From an uncultured cyanobacterium (GTDB lineage: Bacteria; Cyanobacteriota; Cyanobacteriia; Cyanobacteriales; CAWUOF01): a stretch of 64,000 bases of DNA. The notes under the pieces were generated by a model, which had not been told where the DNA came from, did no database searches, and was given only the letters and a program-made list of their open reading frames with translations. Shown piece by piece: positions 62,901-64,000 of this stretch. The stretch spans positions 4,832,001 through 4,896,000 of the forward strand of contig CAVUSO010000001.1 in the NCBI GenBank assembly GCA_963744145.1. The letters run 5' to 3'. A program made the position numbers and the translations under genes. Numbering within the stretch: the stretch's first letter is position 1; every line of letters starts with the position of its first letter.

Positions 62901-62948
62901 ATTGCGAAAACTGGTAAAACCTTCTAGATTCAGTTCAAGTGGTCGCAT
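59928..62948 (-). CDS. sbcC: SbcC (Rad50-like) ATPase
   Basis: GPTGAGKSS, LPQGQF, coiled coil with CSVCG hook, LSGGETF, FIDEGFGTLD. Confidence 0.95.
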   Translation of the reverse strand: MRPLELNLEGFTSFRNQTKINFEKLELFAITGPTGAGKSSLLDAMTLALYGKVARFSGKTQPKELLSQGSSKLQVSLRFLVDEIEYQVLRSWLYRTKTTQNNFKLEKRIQDDWQTLGEQKEADINATIENILRMNFETFTKVILLPQGQFDEFLKGKGVDRRKILSQLAGYEKIFPAMRQEAENKANSLGGEYKAIQHELSIIDVISDIEFNSRCDRSNLLEQELPHLSKAVANAQTALATENQLFQRLKTLAEWKQQLEQLNQKSANISVLRLNLEQARVCDRLSAIWTSVNSARTRYNNSKIAVEKAAKTLIAQKSALKIQEDNLSQVQANHDQIAPQLKQQEEALNAAKIYEEQRRRINDKVERLEKILAEKVKLVTESNQAVKTAETELNKKNQSLTKAKNEVSQYAPDRPRLEQLNQVSPLLIKWEGIHKQVESERSKLQKITQQLITAENDLNSAILKWQKSTEQYEKAQVELDTSRKQNHALALRSFLHPGDNCSVCGGVYPEAHLLPQLESSSDLKALEKRANTADKNRQKDAEAKTKAEANRDNLKNQENESHQVLAQKEADLQIEKQQIIAILTIDKWEVQELQQELQTLQESDRKHKEALIQQEKADGEVKASEQKLQFAKDKLSDMQSQHQDAIDEVEHQKTQRQEILDKLLELTGGESYDNLSQKLEQDKRNLADCLQQANQLYQTARDQFRQADQNNLKAGEDFNLASTEKVKVETEWQTRLSSENFTEAIFEERKASSASQNKWQQEITQHDNEKLKLETLVTQNTSEIGDKSTNAEIIIQYQNAVAVAEEKYQQAQKESNDLKLWITRAKDDRDRSQKLQAQLSSKEQDLETYRILAKELKSDRFQAYILKHFEQELVAQATVFLRELTEQRYALKYDDKEYYVEDNWNGGEPRRVQTLSGGETFATSLSLALALSEKLSRGAKLGSLFIDEGFGTLDSETLQSVSNILQSLGQQDKLVGVITHVLALGEELGTQIKIEKFPEGSRIIMT

Positions 62949-64000
62949 CTTGATTTTCCTTCATTTCATTGTATAGTTCTGCAAACTTCGTTACAACAGC
63001 AGGAGTTGGTGTTGTGTTTAATTCTTCTTGAAAATAGCGTTTAAATTCTTCTACTGGATCAAACTCCTCCCAATGCACAGATTTTTCTGGATTTGACTTA
63101 AATTCTGGATAACGCGGCTCAATTTGCAGCACTTTATCACCACAAATTTTGCGAATTTTGTCAGCTAATCCCATTTGAGGTGATTGCAGATTGATAATTA
63201 CCTTGAGATAACCAGAATAATCACGAAGAGGTTCTAGCTTTTCTTCATAATTGCTCAATTCACATTTAACGATCTGCAAAGGTTTTTGACAGGGAATAGG
63301 TTTAAACTCTGGTTTTTTTGCCGGAGAACCTGGTTCAACATCAATTAAATAAAACCCCTTATCTTCTCCGGATTCATCAAAGTCTATTTGAATCAAAGAA
63401 CCGGAATAGTAAGCAGGAGCAGCAACAGGAATTTGTTGAGGTTTATGGATATGCCCAAGAGCAATATACTGAGCTTCAGCAGGTAAACTTTGTCCAGCTA
63501 ATGCGTAGTTTTCTTGGCTGTGATGACGAGCTTCTGAATTGGCTAATCTAGCACCATTAATAGTAAGGTGAGCCATGAGGATATTTACACCGTCATCTTG
63601 AAAACCAGTGGCTAAGTCTTTGAGCAAGTAGCTTACTCTGTCTCTGTAGTGGTTGATTTGCTGTAATTCGTCCATTCTCCACAAATTCTCAACTGTAAAC
63701 AGTCGTCGTTCTGAAGCAAAAGGCATAGCTGCTACTAACAGTTTACCATTAGGCGTTTCAAGGGTGATTAAACCCCCTTGGTTAACCCGACGAGGTTTCC
63801 CTAAAATCTGCACACCAGCTAAAGATAAAAGATGAGCTATCCCATCAAAACGGACAGCAGAATCGTGATTACCAGCGATCGCTATAGCAGGAATTTTAGC
63901 AATTTGCAACCCTTCAAAAAATTTATAAGCTACTCTCTCAGCATCTGCGATCGGATTAGCAGTTTCAAAAATATCACCTGCAATTAACACCGCATCAACT
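62935..64000 (-). CDS. sbcD: SbcD (Mre11-like) nuclease; 5' end outside the window
   Basis: IAGDIF, AGNHD, YIALGHIH, YSGS; overlaps the sbcC start. Confidence 0.93.
   Translation of the reverse strand, partial: VDAVLIAGDIFETANPIADAERVAYKFFEGLQIAKIPAIAIAGNHDSAVRFDGIAHLLSLAGVQILGKPRRVNQGGLITLETPNGKLLVAAMPFASERRLFTVENLWRMDELQQINHYRDRVSYLLKDLATGFQDDGVNILMAHLTINGARLANSEARHHSQENYALAGQSLPAEAQYIALGHIHKPQQIPVAAPAYYSGSLIQIDFDESGEDKGFYLIDVEPGSPAKKPEFKPIPCQKPLQIVKCELSNYEEKLEPLRDYSGYLKVIINLQSPQMGLADKIRKICGDKVLQIEPRYPEFKSNPEKSVHWEEFDPVEEFKRYFQEELNTTPTPAVVTKFAELYNEMKENQDATT

Overview
Cyanobacterial chromosomal window (AT-rich, dense in the HIP1 octamer GCGATCGC). Housekeeping and envelope genes include gcvT, argD, pbpC, ltaE, dppA/dppB-like, sbcC/sbcD, an LCP protein, an FGGY kinase and a porin. 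They are interleaved with an accessory, decaying region (~12.6-28.1 kb) and several large signalling/conflict proteins. Main points: (1) a VMAP-C / MoxR AAA+ / vWA-like (SAV_2336-type) ternary conflict operon whose last gene ends in a GUN4 domain. That domain carries a strongly G-skewed loop followed by a 3x7-nt cassette with a TAA stop in each reading frame, suggesting a frame-tolerant, length-diversified C-terminus. (2) A membrane-anchored TIR-TIR-TIR-TM-14xWD40 protein with near-identical DNA repeats. (3) A P-loop ATPase coupled to an inactive-STAND/TPR/nSTAND1/TM/WD40 protein, with a small secreted Cys-motif peptide upstream. (4) Nested mobile DNA: IS1634 inside a REP doublet inside a TA-flanked MITE next to a broken toxin-antitoxin pair, plus an ISAs1 mini-element, a REP-invaded IS4 remnant, four GTAG-REP families and a 28-bp HIP1 tandem array. 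No rRNA, tRNA, CRISPR array or reverse transcriptase was seen.
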